From: Lama glama
Taxonomy: Eukaryota
DNA length: 64,000 nucleotides
Direction: 5' to 3'
NCBI GenBank assembly: GCA_028534125.1
Contig: CM052816.1
Span: 94,800,001 to 94,864,000 of the forward strand
Each line of letters begins with the position of its first letter. Within the stretch, counting starts at the first letter, position 1. Both the position numbers and the translations under genes were made by a program. This document shows, one piece after another, positions 24,879 to 36,410 of this stretch. The notes below the pieces were generated by a model, which was given only the letters and a program-made list of their open reading frames with translations, was not told the origin of the DNA and made no database searches.

Positions 24879-25187
24879 GCCTAAGCAATGAACTCCCCTC
24901 CAGGCCCAAGTCTTGGTGCAGAGGAGCCTGATCCATTAACTCTGTCTTCTGGGTTCTCAATAACAGACTGATGATCTCAAAATGGTTCTTTCTAGACAAT
25001 TTATTTCTGTCCATTGGGAAAGAATTTGATAAAATCAAGGTGCTGTTTGGATATATTGCATTCTCCTCTTGATAGTTTCAAAATTTTTGTTGTCTGGGTG
25101 TTTTATTAAGTCCTGTGAAGAGTGTCCTTGGTTGGAACAAATGCAAAGTGTCTTAAGAACAAAATGACAAAAGCTCTTCTTACAGGC

Positions 25188-26243
25188 TGTAGCTACCTGT
25201 TGCCTTATAAGAAACTACCACAGAATTTAGTGGCTTAAAACAACAATGTATCATACCCTCTTGGTTCTCTGGGTAGACTGGGCTTAGTAGGAATTTCTCT
25301 TGGATGTCTTCATGAGGATTTAGTGAGAGGCTGGTGGGACTGCCATAATGTATTGGCTTTACAGGACTGGAAGTTGTAGAGGAGGAAAAATAATTTAACC
25401 TCTACAGTTATTGGCTGAAACTGCCCCCACCCCTGGTAATAAAAGACAGATTAACAAAAGAAAAAAAAAGTTTATTAGCATGTATACTTCATGTCTACAT
25501 GGAAGATCCCCAGGAAAAATGAGTAACTCAGTAAGAGGGCCCAAGCCACCACTTAAATACTATATTCAGTGAAAGACAAAAAATGGTGTGGGGGGGGTGG
25601 GGATGGTCAGCTGTGGGAGGGTACTAGGAAAAGCATGGCAAATAAGGTTATGTAGATTTTAAGTCTTTGCCTTCTCCATTGATCAGTTTATTATAATTTA
25701 GTCATCTTTCTCTTCCTGGTACAGAGAGGGAGACACCCTTACAAATACAGATTTCCTTTATAAATGTAAATGTCTATTACAAAAGGGTAACTTCTACTCC
25801 ATTTTCAGAGCTTCTCCTGTATCTATCGTTTTTCAAAAATAATCGACTCGAAATAATCCTTATGCCAAGGCAGCCTGCTCTGGGGGAGCACTCTCTGCTA
25901 CCCTTCAGCCTCCGAGATGCTGCACTCTCATGCTGGCAACTGATGCAGGTTGCCGACTAGAAGCTCAGCCTGGATAGTTGGCCGGAACACCTATGACGTG
26001 TGGCTTGGGCTCTCTCAGCAAAGTGGCTGGGACCCAAGAGGACTTGCTGAAGAGTAAACATCCCAAGAGACACAGGTGGAAGCTGCAAGGCTTATTATGA
26101 CCTGACCTCAGAGCCATATTCTTATAAATGCAAGCAAATCACTTAGCCCGACCCATGGGGAAGGACTCCACCTCATGATGTGAGGAATAAGTGTAAGGAC
26201 AGGACAGGGAGGGAGCCTGGGAGCTTTTTTGACTTCCTGCATC
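25188..26243 (-). mobile_element. old MLT1 (H/I-like) LTR, interrupted by a MER34-like LTR
   Basis: 'aactaccacagaatttagtggcttaaaacaacaa' on the left. 'ctctcatgctggca..tgatgc', 'ggcttgggct.tctcagca' and 'ggtggaagctgcaaggctt.ttatgacct..cctcaga' on the right. Confidence 0.7.
25375..25907 (-). mobile_element. MER34-like ERV1 solo LTR
   Basis: TG...CA ends. The minus strand reads tgaagggtagcaga...cttggcataaggattattt...acaggagaagctctgaaaatggagtagaagttacccttttgtaa, as in MER34. Confidence 0.85.
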
Positions 26244-29200
26244 ATGAAATATATTTACCATCCAAGATCTGAGATAGAGAATTCCTATTTTTTCTTTTAA
26301 TCTTTATATGTATATATTGCATATATATATTATATGTGCAGTATTACATATATATATAACATACACACATATATATACACACATACATATATATTATATG
26401 CATATGTATAGATACAAGTATACATTGTATATACAAATACACATACATTGAGAGAGAGAAAGTGATTTTTAAGAAACAGTCTCCTGTGATCATGGTAGTC
26501 AGCAGGTCTGAAATTTGTAGGACAGGCCAGTAGGCTGGAAATCAGGCAGGGATTAATACTGTAGTTCTGAGACAGAATGACTTCTGAGAGCCTCAGTTTT
26601 TACTCTTATTGGACTTGGAATTGACTGAATGAGGTCCATCCACATTACTGAATAGGGTGCTGGAAAGGAGAAAAATTTCTTCTATCCTTCTTCAGTTCTT
26701 TTGGCTAATCTAGTAATTAAATTGACACAAGACAGAGTAACAGGAGGAAAAAAGATAATAATTTGGACTATGGAAGTCTCATAGATAAGGAACTCAAGAA
26801 GTGGCCAAAGCAGGCAACTTTTATATTTTTCAGACAAAGAAACAATAAATCTGTGAAGAATGACAAGTTTGGGCTTGGGGTCGTAAATTAGTGAAGAAGT
26901 AACAAGATTTGTTTATACAGGCTTCTCAGCCCTCAATTCCCTTTCTCTCTACCCCCTGATGCAGAGAGAGGGGTTTATTTCCTACTTTCAGGGAGACAGA
27001 GGGGAAGGTCAGAGTGTCCTTCTGGCACTGTTTCTTAAGTAATTCTAGTTCAAAATAATCAATATGCCACTTTAGCATATTAGGGGGCAGCTTGCCCTGA
27101 GCCCCAATAGTTTCCTCCTCTGAACTGTTGTTGGAAGTCCCACATATTGAAGCTGAGCTAGTTCAGTGCTCTATTATTTCATTGTATCCCTTTCCTAGTC
27201 TAGAGAGTAGGTCAGTTCAGGTCATTTCAGGAGGCGATGATGCAGGTCGAATATTATTACACAAGCATCAGTTATTTAATAGCGACGTAACTGTGGAAAC
27301 AGAAGAAAACAAAGGTTAATGATTGGAGCTCCAATCAGACTCTGCTCCAGTTTCTGAGCCTAAGAGGCAGCTAGACAAGAGATTTCTAGATGTCAAGATC
27401 AAAGCATCTTTTGCAGTGTGAAATGTCTCTGATGATGTCATCAGGTGTTGAGGCAAACTTCTGAGTGGCTCACGTAGCAACCGGCACAAAGAAGAGAGTT
27501 TGCACATACGCTATTGTGGCAACTTCTTTGAGGATTTAAATGAAGTCATGTAGCTTCACGTTTATAGGACATCAGGAAAAAGTGCAGTCTTAGTTCTCAG
27601 TGATTCCAGGTTGAAAGGATGGGAGAAAAAACTGGAAATGTTAACTAGAGAGTTGTAGCCAAATACTGGAGGAAACTAGAATTCATGATCCAGTCCAGTT
27701 TACAGGTGGAAAACAAAATTTCAAAGATGTTTAATAGAACTAGAATCTAATATCCACAAGTGTATATTATTGTTTCTATTGAAACATAATTTTTTTCTTT
27801 AAAGTCACATCCATTTTTACCAAAGATAGCCAAATGTAAGACAATTTGTTTGCAAAATAAGTCGAGATTCAATACACTTGGCCTGATTATTTACATAAGT
27901 GCAGTACGAATAACAATTGATCATATAGACTCTTTACATTTGTTTTGCTAAAACTTTCCAAAAAGATTCTCTAGGTTGAACTTTTAATAACCTCTTAAAG
28001 GTAAGAAATCAAGCCAAACATTTGCCATCTGACTTTGCCTGCAATACCTACAGATTTGAGTGAATTCCTTTCTTCTTGAGGTTTCTAAAATAGCCTGAGT
28101 TTCCTGAGCCTGCCAGGAAGTGACCTTCCCTAGTGACCTAGTAAGGCTGCTGGGAACCCTGTAAGCAAGGTACCGGGCCAATTTTACAAGGGGCTTTATT
28201 AGTTTCATAAACCCAGACTTAATTTCTTGAAGCTGTCTGATCATATCTTAATCTATGTATATCTCTCTCAAATATGACTTTCTAGTCAAAATTTGGTAAT
28301 ATAACCAGTCTCCAACTGTGTTCTAAGGAGAATGGATTTTTATAGAATTTATGTAAGTAACAGTATTGCCAAGAAAATAAGAACACTCCCTGAGACTTTC
28401 CAAATTTTAGAGGGATCAGATAGGGGGGAAAAGATAACTGTGCCTATTCCTTTTACAAAGGTATAATTTACCAAATTGCTCTAAGTCATAGTTTCAGAGA
28501 AAAGAGAAGAAAATTTATTTAAATCTGGGAAAACAAAGCAAAATAAAACAAAATCAGCAGTTTCAAATTAAAAAAACATAAAAAGTTATAATCATCCTCA
28601 TCAGTTCATTCAATCCCATATAATTAATTCTTCTTTTGCTTGTTATTTTGTTAGAAGTTTTATGAAGCCATAAGGTTTTTTTTTTAAATTAAGGTTTTGT
28701 GAATTTTTACCCAGTTCAGTAGTATTATTTGAAAGTTATCAAAAATGTGTATTCTAGAGTACTTCTTAGATCCATTTTTGTGAATTTCTCTGAAGAAGAA
28801 ATACATTTACAAGAAGCTTTTGAAAAAGCATCTCAGCAAAACGATAATTATACGTGATAAAAGACTTTAACCTATCCATTATTAAAGGTCTGATTCCTTA
28901 TGAGGGAATTGACAAGGAAATGTGGTTATTTCGATGACATACAATATCTAAGATAATGACTAGAATTATAAATGATAACATTATACCAGAACATATACAA
29001 ATTTTAGGAATTTTATACAATTTATAGAACATTCACATTAACAACATCTACCCATACAGTATAATCTAAGAAGGTTTATTATCACTTACTTGACAATGTT
29101 TCCCATGTAATTTAACATGCCAAATAAACCTTATTTATTTATAATATATCTAATTTTTTTATATTATAAGGAAAGAAAACAAAATTTTTTAAATGTTCCA

Positions 29201-29802
29201 GGGGCCCTCTGGAAAACCCAGTTATTTTCAAGTCAATAAGAGTTAAATTAGAATTTGATTTGGGGAAGTTTGTCAAAATATCAAAAGGCTTTAAAGCACT
29301 TGGTCAAATAGGATCAAAAATGACTGTGAAACAGTGCTTATTATCTATTAACTAAAGTGACAAAGACACCCTAGGAAAATTCAGAAAGTTAAATAGTTGC
29401 GAAAAGCCTTAGCTCTTTTAGTATTGAGAAGGCTTGGTACTAAAGTAATCAAAGGCCTGACAAACACAGAAAATCATTTTGATAAAACATAGAACCTTTG
29501 TTTTTGTTTTGTTTTGTTCATAGGCAGATTACATGAAAAGGTAAAGAAAACCTTTATAATTGCTTGTCAGGAGCAGACCAATAGTCCGAACAAACTTTGT
29601 CCTTTCTGCAGATGAAAAAATTAAATTCCACTTTTACATAACAACCTATTGATACTAACTTACTTTTAAAACCCTTACAACAAATTCATTTCATCTTATC
29701 CAGCTTGATCACATATAAAATTCCTTCCCCGAGATTCCTTTTCCATAAACCTTTAACTTTCTATGTCTTTTTAGTTTGTCCCTTGTTCTTTTTACCATTC
29801 TT

Positions 29803-30116
29803 TTTTTTTTTTTAATATTTATCTTTATTGATGCATAGTCAGTTCACGACATTGTGGTAATTTCTGGTGTACAGCATAGCGATTCAGTTATACATATATG
29901 CATATATACTCCTTTCTATATTCTTTTTTATTATAGGCTTTTACAAGGTATTGAATACAGTTCCCTGCTCTATACAGCAGGACCTTGTTATTTACGTATT
30001 TTATATATAGTAGTTAATATCAGACACAGACTCACAGATGTAGAGAACAAACTTGTGGTTACCAGGGCTGAAAGGGGGAGGTGTGGAGCGATGAATTGGG
30101 AGTTCGGGATTTGCAG
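29803..30116 (-). mobile_element. 5'-inverted (twin-primed) LINE-1 3' fragment inside the provirus
   Basis: 29803-30021 is poly-T plus antisense L1 3' UTR. 30022-30116 is the adjacent upstream L1 segment in the opposite orientation ('acagactcacagatgtagagaacaaacttgtggttacc...gggagttcgggatttgcag'). cattctt is duplicated at 29796-29802 and 30122-30128. Confidence 0.88.
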
Positions 30117-31997
30117 GTTCTCATTCTTAAAATAACCAGCTTTATTACTCTCTTTTTGCTCAACAAAATGTATCTACTTACCTCACACCTTCTCTTATCC
30201 CAAAATATATTTTATTTTCCTTGCATACAGAATTGTTTCCCTTATTATTTCTAGGAGCTTTAATGACATATATTAGAATTTTTTAACCCTTAAAAACCTC
30301 TAATTTCTAGTGAAAATTAAAAAGTAAGCAATTATGAAGTATCTTTTACCCTAACATTCTGTGGATTAGCAAACATAAATACCCTTTATAATTTGTAGAA
30401 ACATGTCCTTTCTTATGGAAAAAGTCTAAGTGTCATAAAACATGTTTACCAATAGATCAAAACATGTTTATTTCTTCTGTGAGAGGGAGCCAAAAGTAGA
30501 TAAATCTATGTTGAGGAATTAATGTTTCAGTATTTGATCTTTTTAAAAAATGATCTAGATAGTCAATGGAATTCTGTCATTTAATTTAACTAATCAAAAT
30601 TTCTAATAGTGTAAGTTGTCAAAGAGATTTGGGTGACTACTTTTAAGTAGTTTTAAACCTTAAGTAGTCTTAAAAATAATCACCCAAATAAAACATGAAA
30701 CAGTCATTTTTAAAAGTTCACCTAAAAATCTTTATCCTTCTTACATCTACTTAATTTGTCCTCAACAGTTAGCTTTAGATTGCTTATGAACGCTTCATCA
30801 TACCAAGTTACTGTTTGTGCTGGCCAGTTTTGTAATGTGAACTTATATGATTAATAAACTCAAGTATCCTAAAAGGCGCCTGTTGCATTACGTCCATTGC
30901 TGATAATTTTTAAGGTATAGCTGTTTGAATAAAACCAACCTCCTTAAACTAGCTTCAATTTACCAAAGATTGACCTTAGAACATGTGGACTTGAAAAGCA
31001 AATATTTGGGTTAGTTCCTCTTTCCTTTAGTGCTTCTTTGCTTTTAAGCCAATTAAATAAAGCTCTTTTACAAAATAATTTTGGCAACACCATCTGAAGG
31101 TAGAAAAAATACCATACCTCAAATGAACGGAAGTAGACACACGGACAGACACAACCTGAGATCTCTTAACTTTCATTTAAAAAGTTTAGCCATGAGTCAG
31201 GTACAAAATGAAATTCACTTATTTGTAAGTAACACTTGGCATAAACTAAATTTACTCACTGAGATGGCCAAACTCTTTTACTATTTGTGGAGAAGGCTTC
31301 AGATTTGTATTTGCCCTTGACGCGCAGTCTCGAGGAGGCTGTGGTTTAGTGTGAGCACGAGAGCACTTCAGCCGTTCAGTTTGTGTTTGAAAAGGCTTTT
31401 TCCCCCTTTTTTCTTTCCTTCTCAGGTGATTGTAAGCTGTTTCTACATTTTTAAACACATGGTAAGATTTACACCATCAAGGGACAGAGGAAGAAAATAT
31501 GTTTTCTCCTATGAATGTTGGAACATATTTATCTACTTCCAGAATTCTTAGGGGAATTACTTTTTTTTTTTCCTGGTAAAGGACAATTTTGTTCTCAATA
31601 TCTTGAACTTTTACAATATCCCCAAGCATGCTGAGGCACAGGCAGGGTTTGGGAATTGGTGAAGATAGATGCACTTTAAACTTTCATTTCTGGTTTTGCA
31701 GAGATTTGCAAGGCAAAGACAGGTGCTTCTATTAGCCCTGGAGTATTGGCTTCCAGCTGGTGCATTTCCTGATTATTTGTATGCAGGCCTGGGGGAATTG
31801 CTGAGGAGATGGGGCGGTTTTTAAGAAGGGGAATGCACACTGGATTTTTTTGTTTTAAACATAATTTCTGTTCTTTCACTGGACCTGCAGGCAGGGAACA
31901 GGGAGGCCAACATGGTAAGAAGTCTTCTCTTCTGCAGTTCGTTATCAGATGTCCCAGGATCTCTCAGCTGGAATGGAGTCAGGGGGTCCAGCTGGTC

Positions 31998-32013
31998 TCC
32001 TGCTGACCATGCA
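31998..32013 (-). other. decayed primer-binding site, tRNA-Ser-like
   Basis: Minus strand TG-CATGGTCAGCAGGA versus recalled PBS-Ser TGGCGTAGTCGGCAGGA. Two of the differences are CpG-to-CpA. It lies immediately inside the 5' LTR. Confidence 0.6.
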
Positions 32014-33950
32014 GCGGTCAGAGAGGGGAAATTCTTGAGTTCTTTTGGCTGGTCAGATAATTAAATTGACTCAAGACAGAACAAAAGAGAAACATCAAAA
32101 TCAAATAAATCAAAAATTAATTTGTACATATCACGGAACCCAAGACGTGGCCAAAGCAGACAGCGTTTGTACTACCTAGACAAAGAAACAATCAGTTTGT
32201 GAAGAGCTGACAAGACAAAGAAGTCTGGGCTTGGGTTAGTAAATTAATAAAGAAGTAACAAGACTCGTTTATTCAGGCTTCTTGACCATGAACTCTCCAT
32301 CTCTGGTGATAAGGACATCTCTCTACCTCTAGTACAGAGAGGGAACCTTTACATGGGGAGATTTATTTCCTATTTTCAGGGAGACAGAGGGCAGAGTCAA
32401 GGTGTCTTTCCTGCACTGACTGTTTCTTAAGTAATTTTAATTCGCAATAGTAAGTATGCCACTTCGGCATATTTTGGGGTGAACTGCCACGAGTCCCAAA
32501 AAGGGTAATCTCCTTTACTTAAAGTCAACTGGTTGTGAATGTTACCCTTGTCTATCAACTATCTTCAAGGTAAAGTAACTGGGTACTGGAGCCAGGTTGA
32601 CTTAAAACACTCACCTTCACAATGTCTATGAAAAGGATACAGTGGTTCAGATAGTGGAGATAAACGAAAAACAGAAGAAAGACACAGGAGTCTTCTAATT
32701 GGCTGGCCTTTTGTGTTCAGAATTATATCAGAAGTGAAAAACAGTAAATAAAATGGAGAGCATACAGGCCTTTTCTGATTAAAAGCACCTCGGACAAAAC
32801 CTTATGAAATCTAAAAATAGGACTGCTGTTTAAAAGAACCAAAATTCTTGGGTTTTTTTTTTATTATGTTTTGAATTTCCGAAACTTCAGAAGCATGACT
32901 GCCTTTTCTCTTGATCATGGTGAAGATTATTTTCTTTCTTTTTATATTCCTTACCTCAGATACAATGACCTTCTTCAACTCCAAAGATGAAAAAAACTAC
33001 TCAGTGTTTCATGTACCCTCTTCAATTAAAATTAAAAAAAAAAATTTGTGTGTGTGAAAAGTGAAGAGTGGATAAAAAGTGAAACTTACCAAGATTGGGT
33101 GATTTTATTTTAATAAGGATGAGATGATTACCAGATTCTCTTGCCCTGGAGGACGAATTAGAACATGGAAGTCTTTTTCAACTTCTTTAAGATTTTTCTG
33201 TGTGTCCTTGAATAATTCACCTGCTCAGTCAGTGTGTGAGCAGACGCTTCTTGTACAGTGCTGACAAGTTAATGTTTTAAAGGGCTTTGGGTGACCAGAT
33301 GGAAGCCACTGTGTTTCCAGGGAGAGAAAGTTAAGGAGAGCAGGGTCTGAGCCAACCCTCCAAATGCTTTCGGCTTTCCCCGCCCTGCAGACCCTCTGGA
33401 GCATGTGTGTCTATTGTCTGCCGCGCCTGTGGGCCTGGTTACACGCAGCATATGCCAGGATCCCTGATGGGAAGGGTTTTGCGCTGCTCTGATGTCTGGG
33501 GCTTATTATAGGAAATCCATTAAGCCTGAGGTTCCAGGCTGGCTTCCTGCCATCATGGTGCCTGTGGACGCGGTGCTGAAAGGATCTGACTTTCAGTAAA
33601 ATCTAAGCGTGATTGAGACACCAGATCGGTTGAAGAGCATTATTCCCCCAGGAATATAACGATTGAAAATGCTACCCAGCTCTGTTCCTTGATGGAGGAC
33701 GGTCTGGCAGGGTAACAAGAGAATGACGATGATAAGATGCATGAGAAGAGTGATTTAGGACAGGGACTCCTCGACAACTTTTCTTGCAAACACGTGTGCA
33801 GATTACAGAGGTACCTGTAAGGAACCAGCGTACAGTAGCCGTCCCTTCACCCCACAGTTTTATTGAGCACTAAGAAGGCACAATGTGCTCCAGACGGCCT
33901 GTCAGCCATCAGGCTGCTGCTCGGGTGGCTGATGACCTCCTGGAGCGTCC

Positions 33951-34367
33951 TGTCCGCTGAAAAAACATGCACAACCTAAAAAGTGAGAGCTCTGTTTCCT
34001 TTGGCAAACTTCCTGAGGGCTCAGCCCGGGAGGCGGCCTCTCAGATGGCTCTAAGGGACTTCTCCGAAGAGGCAGTGGAGGAGCCAGAATACACAGGGGT
34101 TTTTGTAACAAAGACCAAGTAGTCAGAACATTGGAAGATTACTCTTAATTAAAGAAAGCCAGACATCTCAAGTTAAGGATGCTTTTCTGTGTATGGGAAG
34201 ATGCAAGAGTCTGGACTCACTGAAATCATTCCTTTGATGTGCACATTAGCTACTCATCCTGAGTTCCCCTAGAGGGGCACTGTTGGGGGGTGGCAGTAGG
34301 GGCTGCTGACTTGATGGCCTCATCATCCTTTGTTTACTGATGTGACTGGCAGTATTTTTCATTCACA
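33951..34367 (-). mobile_element. ERV1 solo LTR (laurasiatherian MER41-like family, tentative)
   Basis: TG...CA ends. Homologous end-to-end to 57514-58020 but with an internal deletion. Confidence 0.85.
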
Positions 34368-34765
34368 GCCTCTCCTCCACCTGCCACCTGTCACACGTGT
34401 TTCTCTGCGCCTCCTGCAGGGCTGATGGCTATTCCTTTACTTAGGCGCCTGAATCAAAGTTAAAAGAGGTAATTATTATAGACTCTCTGCCATTCTTTCC
34501 TCCAAATTCTAGACCAGAACTCACTGAGACCCAATACAGGAAACCTACCCTGTCTTTTGGTGACATTATCAGGAGGAAAGGAGTTGGCAGACGCCTTTGT
34601 CATATGACCAAAGCCGATGAGTTTCCTGTGTCCTTTCTCTGGTGGCATCAAAAACAGCCCTTACACCAGGGGTTCTCAACAGGGGGCGATTTTGCACCCC
34701 CATCCGCAGGATATTTGGCGATCTCTGGAGACACTTGGGGTTGTCACAACTGGAGGGAGATACTA

Positions 34766-35540
34766 CATGTTTCTCCCAATATCATAATATAAAGTATTCC
34801 TATGAAACCTTTCATAAACTAAAATGGCGTAAATTAGGAAAGAAGCAATTTTCACTTTTTGCCTTTTTTTGTAAAAGGGGAAATCCGCTTCGAATTTCTT
34901 TCAGTTAGTGAAGACAGATACTAACAGAGGTCTCTCCTAAAAGCAAAGTGGTGTAAAGCAAACTTTGGAAAAGTGGGAGATACTGTTCCTGAACTCGGGT
35001 TCAACTGCTCACGCTCAAAAAGCAGTACTCGAGAGACAATGTTGATAGCGTGGAAAGTTGCTTTTCATCAGAATGCTGGCAATCCGGGGAGGCGGTGGAC
35101 TCAGTGCCCCCCAAAGACCATCTCTGCAGATTCTGCTCAGCCATGAAGGCTTTAAAGGGGAAATGGGGATGTGATCCCAGTTAATCACGGGGATAGGAAG
35201 TCAGAGTCCGTGTCATCCCCCACTACTGGGCAGGCTTGTCAGTTCCTGGTGAATTTTCCGTAGATGCTGTCTGTTCACACGGTTTGTTTGCAGGATTACT
35301 GAGGGGGAGGCCAGGGAAGAGACCCGGTCATCTGTTACTTATTCTCCATTTCTGCTTCTTTGATCTACAGAAAACACCAACAGGTTAGGCAAGGTAGTGT
35401 GTGATCAAAAGATCTACAAGGTGCGCTTGGGCCAGAGCTGAGTAGGGCCTGGGGGCACCTGGTTTAAGGTTAGTGACAAGACCCAAGGGGCCTCCTGCGG
35501 AGACCTCCTTCCAGCCAGCAGCTGCTTGCTGAAGTACCTG
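34766..35540. mobile_element. Tc1/mariner (Tigger-like) MITE with TA TSD
   Basis: Left TIR catgtttctcccaatat versus the reverse complement of the reconstituted right end caggtatctcccacttt is 13/17. TA at 34764-34765 and 35541-35542. Confidence 0.75.
34984..35533 (-). mobile_element. ERV1-like solo LTR inserted in the MITE's right TIR
   Basis: About 550-bp insert starting TGTT, flanked by ATAC (34980-34983) and GTAC (35534-35537). Removing it restores the TIR. Confidence 0.75.
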
Positions 35541-35841
35541 TAGCAGCGGCATCTAGTCGGTAGAGGCCAAGGATGTTGCAGAACACCTTACAATATGAGG
35601 AAGCCCCTCCCGTCTCCAACCCAGAATTACCCAACCCCCGAAAGTCCATGGGGCCAAGGTGGAGCGATCCGGCCTTACCCCGGTGCCTTCTCCCTCCTAC
35701 CTCCACCCTCAGCCCCGCAGACAGAAGCTTGGGGCCAGTGATCTTACAGGGTTCACTTTGCCTCGCCGACACTCGGTAAATATTCAGTGAGGAAGGAAGG
35801 AACGGGGTCAGGGAGGTCTGGTGATAAGCCAGGAGCAACTT

Positions 35842-36341
35842 NNNNNNNNNNNNNNNNNNNNNNNNNNNNNNNNNNNNNNNNNNNNNNNNNNNNNNNNNNN
35901 NNNNNNNNNNNNNNNNNNNNNNNNNNNNNNNNNNNNNNNNNNNNNNNNNNNNNNNNNNNNNNNNNNNNNNNNNNNNNNNNNNNNNNNNNNNNNNNNNNNN
36001 NNNNNNNNNNNNNNNNNNNNNNNNNNNNNNNNNNNNNNNNNNNNNNNNNNNNNNNNNNNNNNNNNNNNNNNNNNNNNNNNNNNNNNNNNNNNNNNNNNNN
36101 NNNNNNNNNNNNNNNNNNNNNNNNNNNNNNNNNNNNNNNNNNNNNNNNNNNNNNNNNNNNNNNNNNNNNNNNNNNNNNNNNNNNNNNNNNNNNNNNNNNN
36201 NNNNNNNNNNNNNNNNNNNNNNNNNNNNNNNNNNNNNNNNNNNNNNNNNNNNNNNNNNNNNNNNNNNNNNNNNNNNNNNNNNNNNNNNNNNNNNNNNNNN
36301 NNNNNNNNNNNNNNNNNNNNNNNNNNNNNNNNNNNNNNNNN
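35842..36341. other. assembly gap (500 N)
   Basis: Run of N. Confidence 1.
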
Positions 36342-36410
36342 AATGTGCAGGGCAGCCTCCACAACAAAGAATTATCTGGTCTCAAATGTCAGTAGTGCCA
36401 AGGCTGAGAT
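36342..36410 (+). mobile_element. MER20 3' end (second copy, remainder in gap)
   Basis: 'aatgtgcagggcagcctccacaacaaagaattatctggtctcaaatgtcagtagtgccaaggctgaga'. Confidence 0.85.

Larger units (their letters stand above)
26658..32501 (-). mobile_element. ERV1 (MER34/MER4-group-like) two-LTR provirus with AT-rich internal region lacking long ORFs
   Basis: Homologous LTRs at 26658-27109 (3' LTR) and about 32016-32501 (5' LTR) share 'agttcttttggct', 'aattaaattgac.caagacaga', 'agacaaagaaacaat', 'ttcagggagacagaggg' and 'ctgtttcttaagtaatt'. TSD AGGG at 26654-26657 and 32502-32505. PPT (minus: agaggaggaaac) at 27110-27121. Confidence 0.9.
26300..32621 (-). mobile_element. MLT2-family LTR, split by the ERV1 provirus; includes a (TA/CA)n tract at about 26300-26460
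   Basis: The left part ends 'gactgaatgaggtccatccacattactgaataggg' and resumes at 32502 with 'agggtaatctcctttacttaaagtcaactg...ttgacttaaaacactcaccttcaca'. These are contiguous in the MLT2 consensus. Left boundary uncertain. Confidence 0.8.
34667..35672 (+). mobile_element. MER20 (hAT) with 8-bp TSD, host of two nested insertions
   Basis: Starts caggggttctcaacagggggcgattttgc and resumes at 35543 with 'ggcatctagtcggtagaggccaaggatgttgc'. Flanks CCTTACAC (34659-34666) and CCTTACCC (35673-35680). Confidence 0.92.
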
